DNA of 62,805 nt, taken from NCBI GenBank assembly GCA_964535105.1, contig CAZHSO010000007.1, positions 1 to 62,805 of the forward strand, given 5' to 3'. A program made the position numbers and the translations under genes. This document shows positions 36,990 to 46,341 of the stretch, one piece after another (the stretch's first letter is position 1; every line of letters starts with the position of its first letter). The DNA comes from an uncultured Gemmatimonas sp. GTDB taxonomy: Bacteria; Gemmatimonadota; Gemmatimonadetes; Gemmatimonadales; GWC2-71-9. The notes under the pieces are model-generated. The model did not search any database and was not told where the DNA came from. It saw only the letters and a list, made by a program, of their open reading frames with translations.

Positions 36990-37483
36990 TCCGGTGTCCT
37001 CCTGGATCGTCGTGAGGTTGATCGGCGAGGGGTCGTGCTTTCGGGAACCGCTCGGGCCGCGCCGGCGAGGGCACGGAGGCCGGACACCGCGGCATCACGC
37101 TCCTGCCCGTCCAGCAGCGCCAGCGCCGCCCGGACCCGGTCGGGATCGATCAGCGACCGCTGGCTCCGGATGCGTATCCCCGCCTCGGTGAGGCGGAGGA
37201 GGACCCGTCGGCCATCGGCGCTGTCCTTCTCCCGCATGACCAGGCGAAGCCGGACGAGGCGGGTGAGCTGAATCGAGATGGTGGCCGGGGTGACCCCGAG
37301 TCGGCGGGCGAGATCTCCCGTCGCGACGGGGGTCGTTGGATCGAGGTGCTCCAGGATGCCGGCCTGGTGGTTCGACAGGCGGCGGCCGGTGGCCCGGTCC
37401 CGGATACTCCGGCGCCGCCAGGCTCTATGGAGCGTCGGGTAGGCCGCCAGCACGGCCTCCACCTGGGCGTCGAGCACGCGCAC
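36986..37483 (-). CDS. MarR-family transcriptional regulator
   Basis: LA..LGVTPATIS..L.RL....LV.R.....DGRR..L.LT.AG. Confidence 0.9.
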   Translation of the reverse strand: MRVLDAQVEAVLAAYPTLHRAWRRRSIRDRATGRRLSNHQAGILEHLDPTTPVATGDLARRLGVTPATISIQLTRLVRLRLVMREKDSADGRRVLLRLTEAGIRIRSQRSLIDPDRVRAALALLDGQERDAAVSGLRALAGAARAVPESTTPRRSTSRRSRRTPE

Positions 37484-37494
37484 ACATTACGGCA

Positions 37495-37527
37495 TTTACT
37501 TTGATTTGTCAAACCAAACTATCTACT
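37495..37527. promoter_or_regulatory. AT-rich divergent promoter region with putative MarR operator
   Basis: TTTGA-TTTG-TCAAA inverted repeat (37500-37513) just upstream of the marR start. Confidence 0.45.
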
Positions 37528-37608
37528 GAAACCTCGCCGCCCTTGCCGGCGTCGGGAAGTCCAGACAGTCTTCATTCACGGCCGGTCCCGCACCGGGATG
37601 GTATCCCC

Positions 37609-38307
37609 ATGATTCGCCTCTTCGCGCCACCCACGCACGACGAAGTCTTCCACCGCGACCCGGTCACGGCGGCGAACCTCCTGCTGCACATTGCGGCGCT
37701 GGTCGTACTGTTCATCCCCTTTGGCGGGGAGGAAAAGGCGAGCCTGATCGACCGGCTGATCGTATACCTCGTGCCCACCCCCGAGCCGGGCAATCGCGAA
37801 GTGGGCGCAGCCCTAACCGCGGAGACCGACGCGGGCGAGGAGACCGGGCTCCCGGCCAAGGGGGAAGACGAGTCGGGCGTCACCGAGCGGATCACCGCGG
37901 GGCCGCTGGCGCTCACCCTCGAGTCCGCCGACCTCAAGGTCGCCGAGCAGGCGCAGCAGGGGGACAATGCCTACTCGGTGCTCGAGGTCGACAGCGCCGT
38001 CGTCTACGATCCGACCAGCGCCGCGCCGGAGTACCCGTTGCATCTCATGAACCAGGGCATCGAGGGATTGGCTTCGGTGCGCTACGTGGTGGATTCCACC
38101 GGCCTGGTGGACACCATCACGTACCGCGTCCTCACCACAACCCATGGGGATTTTGCGGTCGCGGTCCGGCGGGCGCTGCCGAACATGCATTTCCGCCCCG
38201 CGCTGCAGAGCGGGGTGAAGGTACGCCAGCTGGTCGAGCAAACCTTCCGGTTTCGCATGGCTCGCGACACCACCAGCCGCAGGCCGGAGCCCAAGCCTCC
38301 CGCGTGA
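37609..38307 (+). CDS. TonB C-terminal domain protein (energy transducer TonB-like)
   Basis: Transmembrane segment with His; P.YP......GIEG.....YVVD.TG and F.PA...G.KVRQLV.Q.F.F. Confidence 0.85.
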   Translation: MIRLFAPPTHDEVFHRDPVTAANLLLHIAALVVLFIPFGGEEKASLIDRLIVYLVPTPEPGNREVGAALTAETDAGEETGLPAKGEDESGVTERITAGPLALTLESADLKVAEQAQQGDNAYSVLEVDSAVVYDPTSAAPEYPLHLMNQGIEGLASVRYVVDSTGLVDTITYRVLTTTHGDFAVAVRRALPNMHFRPALQSGVKVRQLVEQTFRFRMARDTTSRRPEPKPPA

Positions 38308-39065
38308 GCGTCGTCGACCTCAACGCCGACATTGGGGAGAGCTTCGGCCGTTACGAGCTCCCCGGCGAAGACGATCTCCTTTCCCTCATCACCTCGGCCA
38401 ACGTCGCCTGCGGATTCCACGCGGGGGACCCGATGGTCATGCAACGCACCGTGTCGGCCGCGGCGGGACGTGGGGTGACGGTGGGCGCGCATCCGGGATA
38501 TCGCGACCTGATCGGCTTTGGACGCCGGGAGCTCGCGGCGAGCGCGGCGGAGATCGCGGCCGATGTGGTCTATCAGGTTGGCGCGCTGGACGGATTCTGC
38601 CGGACCGCCGGGACCCGGGTGCGTTATGTCAAACTCCACGGCGCGCTCTACCACCGCGCTTCGGAGGACAAGGAGGTGGCCAAGGCGGTGGCATTTGCGC
38701 TCCGCCAGCTTGACCAGGAGCTCGTCGTCCTCGGCCCGGAGGGAAGTGCGATGCTCCAGGCCGCGAACGCCACCGGGCTCGATGTGGCGCGGGAGGCGTT
38801 TGTGGACCGCGCCTATCAGCCCGACGGCCGGCTGGTGCCGCGCCGGATGCCGGGCGCCGTGCTCGATGACGCGGACGCGATCGCGGAGCGCGCGCTCCGG
38901 ATGGTGCAGGACCGCTACGTGGTGGCGATCGACGGGACCCGGTGCATCATCCGGGCGGATTCGCTCTGCGTGCACGGCGACGGTCCCAAGGCCGTCGCGG
39001 TCGTCCGCGCGCTGCGGCAGCGGTTCGATCAGGAGGGGATTTCCCTCGCCGCGTTCGTGAAGTGA
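38304..39065 (+). CDS. pxpA: 5-oxoprolinase subunit A (LamB/YcsF)
   Basis: DLNADIGESFG, SANVACGFHAGDP, GAHPGY.D..GFGRR, VK.HGALY and CVHGD. Confidence 0.95.
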   Translation: MSVVDLNADIGESFGRYELPGEDDLLSLITSANVACGFHAGDPMVMQRTVSAAAGRGVTVGAHPGYRDLIGFGRRELAASAAEIAADVVYQVGALDGFCRTAGTRVRYVKLHGALYHRASEDKEVAKAVAFALRQLDQELVVLGPEGSAMLQAANATGLDVAREAFVDRAYQPDGRLVPRRMPGAVLDDADAIAERALRMVQDRYVVAIDGTRCIIRADSLCVHGDGPKAVAVVRALRQRFDQEGISLAAFVK

Positions 39066-39733
39066 GGGTGACCGGAGTGTCCATCGTCCCGCTCGGCGAG
39101 AGCGCCTGGACGGTGGTGCTGGGAGACAAGGTGAGCCGCGCACTCCATCAGCGGGTGACGGGGCTGGCGTCGCGGATCTCGGCGGCGCGACTGCCTGGAC
39201 TTGTCGAGATCGTGCCAGCGTACGCGACGGTTACGGTGTTCTTCGAGGGCGATGCCCGAGAGATGCGGCGGCGGCTTATGGCGCTGTGTCACCCCGAGCG
39301 CAACGAAGGGGCGGAAGGTTTTTACCTTGAGCGCAGCGAAGGGGCGGGACCCCGCTTGCACACCATCCCGGTCCGTTATGACGGATCCGATCTGCAGCAT
39401 GTGGCCGAACAGACCGGCCTTTCCCCTTCCGAAGTGATCCGTCGACACGCCGAGTCGGAGTACCTGGTCTATCTGCTGGGCTTCGCGCCCGGGTTCGCCT
39501 ACCTGGGCGACCTCCACCCTTCCCTGGTCCTTCCCCGCCGCTCGTCACCGAGAACCCGCGTTCCGGCGGGATCGATCGCGATCGCCGGCGCGCAGACGGC
39601 GGTGTATCCCCTGACGACGCCGGGTGGCTGGCATCTTCTGGGGAGCACTTCACTCAAGATGTTCGATCCCGCGCGCGATCCCGCCGCCTTGCTCAAGGCG
39701 GGCGATCGCGTGCGCTTCGAGCCTGTCGCATGA
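39062..39733 (+). CDS. pxpB: 5-oxoprolinase subunit B (KipI-like)
   Basis: EIVPAY, IPV.Y.G.DL, GFAPGFAYL, PR..VPAGS and YP..TPGGW. Confidence 0.93.
   Translation: MRVTGVSIVPLGESAWTVVLGDKVSRALHQRVTGLASRISAARLPGLVEIVPAYATVTVFFEGDAREMRRRLMALCHPERNEGAEGFYLERSEGAGPRLHTIPVRYDGSDLQHVAEQTGLSPSEVIRRHAESEYLVYLLGFAPGFAYLGDLHPSLVLPRRSSPRTRVPAGSIAIAGAQTAVYPLTTPGGWHLLGSTSLKMFDPARDPAALLKAGDRVRFEPVA
39287..39344 (+). repeat. Two REP-like palindromic units inserted in frame in pxpB
   Basis: TGTCACCCCGAGCGCAACGAAGGGG and TTTACCTTGAGCGCAGCGAAGGGG; translated as CHPERNEG...YLERSEG. Confidence 0.7.
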
Positions 39734-40614
39734 TCGAGATAGAGAAGGCGCCGTCCTTCGCGACGGTCCAAGATCTCGGCTGGCGGACCGGCCGGGCGAT
39801 AGGACTGCCACAGTCGGGGGCGATGGACCCGGTGATGCTTGGACTCGCGAATTCGCTGGTAGGAAATCCGGCTGGGGCGGCGGGGATCGAGTGGGCGCTC
39901 GGTGCGGGGACGATCCTCGCGCGTGAGCAATGCGAGCTTGTCATCCTGGGCGCCGGCGAGATTCTCGTGGATGATATGCCCGCCGACACTGCGCATCCCG
40001 TCGTGAGAGCAATGGCCGGAACGCGCATAGAGATCCGGCCGCGATCCGACCACCGCTTTTTGTACATCGCCGTGCGGGGAGGCATCGACGTACCGGCGGT
40101 GATGGGGAGCCGCTCGACCTATTTGCCCGGGGGATTCGGGGGATTCGAAGGGCGACGGCTCAGATCGGGAGACCAGTTACCCATGGGGCCGGCGGTGCAC
40201 TCGGCGCTGGGAAGCAGCGTGCATCCGAGAATCAGCCCCGAGTCTGTGAACGACGATGTGAGGATCCGGGTGACACCCGGCCCGCAGTGGGAGCGCTTCG
40301 ATGAGCGTGCGCGAGAGACGTTGCTCGAGGGCCGCTTTGCCGTATCGGCAGCATCCGACCGGATGGGCTACCGGCTCGACGGACCGACGATTACTCCGAG
40401 CGTCTCCGCAACCTTGCCGTCAGAAGCGGCGTGTCCCGGTGCGATCCAGATTCCCGATGGGGGTCAGCCGATCGTGATCATGCCCGACGGCCCGACGGTC
40501 GGAGGTTATCCCAAGATCGCGGTGGTCATCACGGCCGACCTGCGGAAGCTCGCGCAGTGTATGCCGGGGAGAGGGGTGCGGTTTCGCGAGGTGGGCCAGA
40601 CGAGCAAGCGGTAG
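39730..40614 (+). CDS. pxpC: 5-oxoprolinase subunit C (KipA-like)
   Basis: TVQDLG, GAMD, AN.LVGN, GSRST, SDRMGYRL and PTVGGYPKIA. Confidence 0.93.
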   Translation: MIEIEKAPSFATVQDLGWRTGRAIGLPQSGAMDPVMLGLANSLVGNPAGAAGIEWALGAGTILAREQCELVILGAGEILVDDMPADTAHPVVRAMAGTRIEIRPRSDHRFLYIAVRGGIDVPAVMGSRSTYLPGGFGGFEGRRLRSGDQLPMGPAVHSALGSSVHPRISPESVNDDVRIRVTPGPQWERFDERARETLLEGRFAVSAASDRMGYRLDGPTITPSVSATLPSEAACPGAIQIPDGGQPIVIMPDGPTVGGYPKIAVVITADLRKLAQCMPGRGVRFREVGQTSKR

Positions 40615-40699
40615 TTTCCGGCCTCAGCGAACGCCAGAGGAAAGCTCCTCGTAGGGCCGCACAGCTAGTCCGAAGGGGACTGGAGAAGGGTGGGACGGG

Positions 40700-41476
40700 T
40701 CATCTGTTCCATCGGGTCCACACTGCGACTACCGCACAGCCATCCCAGTGGAACACGCCCGGGATTTCGCTTGCGCCCCGGAACACCTCGATCATCTCGA
40801 TTTCCGATGGATGGATACGTGATAGCGTTGCTACTTCTGGGGACTCCTCAAAGCCGGCGCGGGCTACTTGCCTGAACCCGTCAATGTAGACGGTGACGCC
40901 GCCGGGCTCCGGACAACGGGCGAACCGCAGCCGCTTCGGCGGGCCGTCGAAATAATGGACGCCGGGAATTCCCTCCATGAGCTGGGCCGTCGAGACGCCA
41001 AACCGGAGGGTGATCGCCTCCCTCGTAAGGAGAGTGCCAAGGCCCACTTTCTGCCGGAGAAAAACATCGTCGTATTTCGTCGTACCTGCATAGCGGAGCG
41101 GCTTGCTGGGCGGGGCCGAGACTATCAACTCTGGTAGCTCGACTTGACTGGTGAGCAACTGGACGAGAATTGTGTCACCAGCGGGTGGAAGCGGATGGAG
41201 GACGAGAAGCATCGGACGATATCCGATCCGTCGAAACCCGATCGTGCTGTCGAGGGGAGCCAGCGGCAGCGAGAACAACCCTGCGCCGTTGGTTACCGCC
41301 CGCACCTCCTTTCGGTTGAGGATGACCTCGACTCCCGCGATGGGTCGGCGCGCTTCGTCATACACCCGGCCGGTCAGGAGGGTTTGGTGTCCGCCTTTCG
41401 GCTGCGGCCACGCCCGGAGCGGCAAGCTTACAGCGGCAATGACGGCCACAACCACCCACTGCGCTCGAACCAACAT
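40700..41476 (-). CDS. Exported carboxypeptidase-regulatory-like plus TonB-plug-like domain protein
   Basis: GRVYD...RPI.GV.V, TN..G.F, RRIGYRP; C-terminal EIE.IEVFRG....P......CAVVAVWTR with no barrel. Confidence 0.75.
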   Translation of the reverse strand: MLVRAQWVVVAVIAAVSLPLRAWPQPKGGHQTLLTGRVYDEARRPIAGVEVILNRKEVRAVTNGAGLFSLPLAPLDSTIGFRRIGYRPMLLVLHPLPPAGDTILVQLLTSQVELPELIVSAPPSKPLRYAGTTKYDDVFLRQKVGLGTLLTREAITLRFGVSTAQLMEGIPGVHYFDGPPKRLRFARCPEPGGVTVYIDGFRQVARAGFEESPEVATLSRIHPSEIEMIEVFRGASEIPGVFHWDGCAVVAVWTRWNR

Positions 41477-41766
41477 CCGTTCCTCTCAACTGCCTCCGGC
41501 GAGGCCTCAAGGTATTTTAGCTGAATCACTCACGGAAGAGAAGCAACCTCAAGCGTCTTGGGGCCGCCACTTCGCGGCGTCGCACGCTCAACGAGTCAGC
41601 GAAGTTCAGCCGGATTGTCTGGACCGTCGGGCCGGTGCCGGCGGAGCTAGCGGGCCGACCTGGGCCGGCTGGCGCAGTGCCAGCCGGGACGGATGGTGAG
41701 CTTTCGAGAGGTGTTGCTGGAGCAAGCGCGCGCGGCGCGCCCGCTCCGGGCGGCGCCGTAGTCTGC

Positions 41767-42849
41767 TCAGGGCTGAGCCAGCCCGTAGATGACGAAGGCC
41801 AGCGGCTTCGGGATTGGTTTCCAGACCTTGAGCGAATCCGCCGGCAGCCATTGTTGGGCGTCGTCCTGGATGGTCTGAGCGATGGTGAAGTAGTCGTAGG
41901 TAAAGAGCCCGTGCACGCTGAGACGCAGCTCCGCCAGGTCATCGGGGTTGGCATGAAGGGCCGCGATGGAATCGCCGACGGCGGTGCCCTTGTAGGCGTA
42001 CACCTTGATCGGGAAGGGGCCGCTCTCTCCGACCCACGCCTGTGCCAGAGCGGCGTAGTCGCCCCCGTTGGTCATCTCGCGCAGGTAGTCCTTCCCGATG
42101 TGCGCGTCGATGACGGCAAAGTTCCCGCAGCTCCCGCCCGAGCCCTTGGCCCCTTCCTCGGCGAACTCGTAGCGGATTTGCTCGCCACTGCCGCGCTGCC
42201 GCACCTTAAGCGTGCGATCTTCCAGACAGGCCCGCGCCGAGTTGGGCTGGATCTTTCGCATGCCGGCAAAGATCCGGACCAGCGGGATGAAATCGAGGGT
42301 GTCGGTGCCGCACCTGAGCTCGGTGACGGGGTGCACCTCGACGACATGGTCAGGATTCGATCCGCTGCCGCCTCCGCCGGCAGCGTGCTCGGTGAAGATC
42401 CTCGGGAAGCCGACGACGGTGCAGGTCTTATCCTTGACGCTCGCGTCGAAGTAGGCGGTCCAGGCGGAGCCGACGGTACCGGCCTGACTGATTTGTGGGA
42501 CACGGCGGCGGCAGACGTTCGGCGGCTCGACGACGAGGCCACGCGGAGCAGCGATCAGGCGATTGTTGGGAAGCCGAGCGGCGACGTGAAGCTCGCAGTC
42601 GGCATCCAACGTATGAACATTGGACCGTTCGCCCATTCTCATTTCGGCGGCCCACCGGACCCCCACCGTGCGTCCGCTCGGGCCACCGGTCAGCAGATCC
42701 TCGAGCCAGGAACGCCGGATGGCAAAGCTCACGTCGGAGGGCAGCGGGTCCTGCGCCGAAAGGACCGGCGCCAATGCACCAAGGGTGAGTGATGCAACCA
42801 CGGCCAGCCGGAGGGGAGCGGGCAGCACAACAGGAGGGAGGTTTGGCAT
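41767..42849 (-). CDS. Hypothetical exported protein with D.DCELH / HVVEVHPV motifs
   Basis: Signal peptide and GAGG RBS before ATG 42849; long ORF with six Cys. Confidence 0.75.
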   Translation of the reverse strand: MPNLPPVVLPAPLRLAVVASLTLGALAPVLSAQDPLPSDVSFAIRRSWLEDLLTGGPSGRTVGVRWAAEMRMGERSNVHTLDADCELHVAARLPNNRLIAAPRGLVVEPPNVCRRRVPQISQAGTVGSAWTAYFDASVKDKTCTVVGFPRIFTEHAAGGGGSGSNPDHVVEVHPVTELRCGTDTLDFIPLVRIFAGMRKIQPNSARACLEDRTLKVRQRGSGEQIRYEFAEEGAKGSGGSCGNFAVIDAHIGKDYLREMTNGGDYAALAQAWVGESGPFPIKVYAYKGTAVGDSIAALHANPDDLAELRLSVHGLFTYDYFTIAQTIQDDAQQWLPADSLKVWKPIPKPLAFVIYGLAQP

Positions 42850-42954
42850 GAAGCCTCGCGGGGAGGGGTGAATGACGAGGATACCGCCTAACTCGCCAGG
42901 GTGACAACTATAAGATCTCATAGTCCCCGGTGGATGTCGCCCCGCCCGCTGCCC

Positions 42955-44499
42955 TCACGCGGATGGGCAGAGCGCCCTCCGATCCAGCGCCCGATACTGA
43001 ATCGCTTCCCGCACATGCACTGGCTCGATCCCCTCCACGCCCGCCAGGTCGGCAATCGTCCGCGCCAGCTTGAGCACCCGGTGGCAGCCGCGCGCCGATA
43101 ATCCCAGTCGCTCCACTGCAGTTCGCAGGATCTCCGCCACTTCAGGGCTCTGCCGGCAATACCGTCGCACCTCCCGCGATCCCATGTGCGCGTTGGCGTG
43201 CATACCCGTTTGAGACCGGAAGCGCTCGCGCTGACGTACTCGTGCCGATTCCACCCGGGCTCGGATCGCGGCGCTCGGTTCTCCCGGGGCGTCCCGGCCG
43301 AGTTCGGCATAAGGCACCGCCGGCACCCGCAAATGGATATCGATCCGGTCGAGCAGCGGCCCCGAGATCCGCGCATGATAGCGCTCGATCAGGTGCGGCC
43401 CGCACGAGCACGAATGCACCGGACTTCCGAGATGGCCGCAGGGACAGGGATTCATCGCCGCGATGAGGGTGAAGCGGGCCGGAAAGGTGAGCCGCGCCGC
43501 CGCGCGGGAAAGCGTGACCACGCCGTCTTCCAGCGGCTGCCGAAGGACCTCCAGCACATGACGATGGAACTCCGGCAGCTCGTCCAGAAAGAGCACTCCC
43601 CCGTGCGCCAGGCTCACCTCGCCAGGCCTCGGCGCGGAGCCGCCTCCCACGAGCCCGGCATCGCTGATGGTATGGTGCGGCGCGCGAAAGGGCCGGTTCC
43701 GGATCAGGGCGGATCCTGGCGGCAACAACCCCGCCACACTATGCACCCTCGTGATTTCGAGCGCCTCGTCGAGCGGTGCCGCGGGGAGAATCGACGGCAG
43801 ACGCCGCGCGAGCATCGTTTTCCCTGCGCCGGGCGGTCCGATCAACAACACATTGTGCGCCCCCGCCGCGGCCACCTCGAGCGCCCGCTTGGCCGCGAGC
43901 TGGCCGCGCACCTCTGCGAAGTCCACTCCATCGCGCTGCCACAGATCCAGAGAGGCCAGGGTCCTGGGCACCGAGGGCGCGATCATGTGCTGGCCACTGA
44001 GATGCCGGGTCACCGCAAGCAGCGAGTCCGCCCCCGTCACGACGAGTCCCTCCACCACTGCCGCCTCGGCGACATTCACCCCAGGCAGGATGACCTCGCG
44101 GGCGCCGCCTGCCTGCGCGGCCATCGCCATTGACAGCGCGCCCCGCACCGGGCGAAGATCTCCCTGCAGGCCGAGCTCCCCCAGGACGACCAGACCCTCG
44201 AGGTCGGAAGCCTTGATCTGCTCGCTCGCGGCGAGAATCCCGAGCGCAATGGCGAGATCAAAGCCGGAGCCCTCCTTCCTCACATCAGCCGGGGCGAGAT
44301 TCACCGTGATGCGGCGAAGGGGATACTCGAAACCCGAGTTGACCAGCGCGGCGGTGACGCGCTCCTTTCCCTCCTTGACCGCGCCCTGCGGCAACCCCAC
44401 GGTGGTGAAGAAGGGCAAGCCGTTGCTGAGATCGGTCTCCACATCGACCAGGTAGGCGTCGATGCCGAGGACGGCGGCGGACTTGAGTCTGGCGAGCAT
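42955..44499 (-). CDS. comM: YifB/ComM Mg-chelatase-like AAA+ ATPase
   Basis: ITVNLAPAD..KEGS.FDL, GPPGAGKT, PFRAPHHT, LFLDELPEF, AMNPCPCG and SGPLLDRID. Confidence 0.95.
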   Translation of the reverse strand: MLARLKSAAVLGIDAYLVDVETDLSNGLPFFTTVGLPQGAVKEGKERVTAALVNSGFEYPLRRITVNLAPADVRKEGSGFDLAIALGILAASEQIKASDLEGLVVLGELGLQGDLRPVRGALSMAMAAQAGGAREVILPGVNVAEAAVVEGLVVTGADSLLAVTRHLSGQHMIAPSVPRTLASLDLWQRDGVDFAEVRGQLAAKRALEVAAAGAHNVLLIGPPGAGKTMLARRLPSILPAAPLDEALEITRVHSVAGLLPPGSALIRNRPFRAPHHTISDAGLVGGGSAPRPGEVSLAHGGVLFLDELPEFHRHVLEVLRQPLEDGVVTLSRAAARLTFPARFTLIAAMNPCPCGHLGSPVHSCSCGPHLIERYHARISGPLLDRIDIHLRVPAVPYAELGRDAPGEPSAAIRARVESARVRQRERFRSQTGMHANAHMGSREVRRYCRQSPEVAEILRTAVERLGLSARGCHRVLKLARTIADLAGVEGIEPVHVREAIQYRALDRRALCPSA

Positions 44500-44569
44500 C
44501 GAGGAGGGTATTGCGGGGAGTGGCCGGGGATGGGATCATCCCGGTGCGTTCATAGCCCGGAAACCCGCA

Positions 44570-44863
44570 ATGTCCCGTGCCTTCGTCAATGAGGATGATG
44601 CAGCCCCCGAGCCGAGGCACCGGTTTCCGCTCCCGCCCCCGGACGACCCCGGATTTCCGGAGGCTGCCGCGCGGGCGCTCCTCCAGGGGGCGAACGAGGG
44701 CGATTCATCCACCGCCGAAGCCGCCACCGGCTATCTCTTCGGAGACCCTCGCCTGGTCCTGGAGGTGAGGCGCATTCTGAAGCTGGCGCGAGAGGACGGC
44801 AACGACCGCATGGAGCAGCTCGCCGAGCGATTTCTCCAGGGCGCCGGGGAGAAACCCGAATGA
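44570..44863 (+). CDS. Small hypothetical protein beginning MSRAFVNED
   Basis: 97-aa ORF, ATGA-coupled to the creatininase gene. Confidence 0.65.
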   Translation: MSRAFVNEDDAAPEPRHRFPLPPPDDPGFPEAAARALLQGANEGDSSTAEAATGYLFGDPRLVLEVRRILKLAREDGNDRMEQLAERFLQGAGEKPE

Positions 44864-45627
44864 ACAGCGCAGAGTCCCCGCTTCTGGCGGAATCCAGCTG
44901 GAAGACGGTCCGAGATGCGCACTACGACGTCGCGGTGTTGCCATGGGGCGCCACGGAAGCGCACAACCACCACCTCCCTTATGCCACTGACACGATTCAG
45001 ACCGAGGCGGTGGCGGCGGAGTCGGCGCGCGTCGCGGGAGCGGCGGGAGCGCGGGTGATCGTCCTGCCGGCGGTGCCGTTCGGTGTGAGCACCGGCCAGC
45101 TCGATATCCCGCTCTGTCTCAACATGAATCCGACCACCCAGATGATGGTGCTCCAGGACATAGCCGAGAGCGTGTCGCGCGCGGGGGTTAGCAAGCTCGT
45201 CATCCTCAACGGACACGGCGGGAACGACTTCCGCCAGATGATTCGCGAGCTCACGCCCGACGCCGGCCCTTTTCTCTGCACCGTCAACTGGTACTCCTGC
45301 GTGAATCCGGCGCCGTTCTTCGCCGAACCCGGCGATCACGCCGGCGAGCTGGAGACGAGTGTGATGATGCACCTGGCCGCGGAGCTGGTGCGCCCGCTCA
45401 GCGAAGCGGGTCCCGGCCACGCCCGGCGCTTCAAGGTCAAAGGACTGCGGGAAGGCTGGGCGTGGGCGCCGCGCGAATGGACCAGGGTGACGGATGACAC
45501 CGGGGTCGGCAATCCCGCGCAGGCCACAGCCGAGAAGGGGGCGCGATTCTTCGAGGCGGTGACGCAGCAGATCGGTGGATTCCTCGTGGAGCTGGCCAGT
45601 GCCGATACCGAGGATCTCTATGAGTAA
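44860..45627 (+). CDS. Creatininase-family amidohydrolase
   Basis: LPWGATEAH..HLP..TD, NGHGGN, DHAGE.ETS and G.GNP..ATAEKG. Confidence 0.92.
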   Translation: MNSAESPLLAESSWKTVRDAHYDVAVLPWGATEAHNHHLPYATDTIQTEAVAAESARVAGAAGARVIVLPAVPFGVSTGQLDIPLCLNMNPTTQMMVLQDIAESVSRAGVSKLVILNGHGGNDFRQMIRELTPDAGPFLCTVNWYSCVNPAPFFAEPGDHAGELETSVMMHLAAELVRPLSEAGPGHARRFKVKGLREGWAWAPREWTRVTDDTGVGNPAQATAEKGARFFEAVTQQIGGFLVELASADTEDLYE

Positions 45628-46341
45628 GCGACTGGCTCTCTGTCTTGTCTCCCTCACCGCACTTCCGGTGGCGCTCTTCGCGCAGGGGGGAGCGCCCCTC
45701 GCCGATCCGAGAGCCGCCGACGCGGCAACGCGGCAGATGTCGCACCACGCGCACGACTCCGAGGTAAATCCTCATCTCCGGCTCAGCACCGCTCGTCCCC
45801 GCACCCCGCAGGATTCGGCGCGGGGGCAGGCTCTCGTCGCCACGATCCGCCGGGAGCTCGCGAAGTACCACGACGTGAACGTGGCGATCGCCGACGGGTA
45901 CGAGCAATTCCTCCCTAACGTGGTACTCCCGGTCTATCACTTCACCAACAAGCGCTACGGCCTCGAGGCGGCGTTCTCGTTCGACGCGTCGAAGCCCACT
46001 TCCCTGCTCTACCGAAAGAACAGCGACGGGACATTCGCCTTGACCGGGGTGATGTATACGGCGCCCGCACTCCTCGGCGAAGAACGGCTCGACCGCCGGA
46101 TTCCCCTGGGACTCGCGCGCTGGCACCAGCACATCAACTGGTGCCTCCCGAAGCAGGGGGAGGAGTCCCGCTGGCGGGAGACCCGCGCCGGCAAGCCACT
46201 CTTCGGGCCGGAGAGTCCGATCGCCTCGGCCGAGGAATGCGCCGCGGTGCCTGGCCGCTTCATCCCCCGGCTGTTTGGGTGGATGGTACACGTCAACGCC
46301 TTGAGTCCGATGATCCCGCCGTTATCTGGAGCCATCAATGA
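45620..46341 (+). pseudogene. Exported His-rich hypothetical protein with a 1-nt deletion near the 3' end
   Basis: Signal peptide; YHFTN, KPTSLLY, GVMY, WHQH.N.C and FGWMVHVN. Adding one T at about 46301 gives AFESDDPAVIWSHQ*, with the stop overlapping the next ATG. Confidence 0.65.

Noticed and set aside
41526-41954. Small ORFs in the 41477-41766 spacer
   Set aside because: They overlap the neighbouring gene and have no recognisable motif or RBS; left as unexplained spacer.
42955-44499. comM interrupted by an integrated element
   Set aside because: The ORF is full length, and I saw no duplicated comM fragment or integrase.
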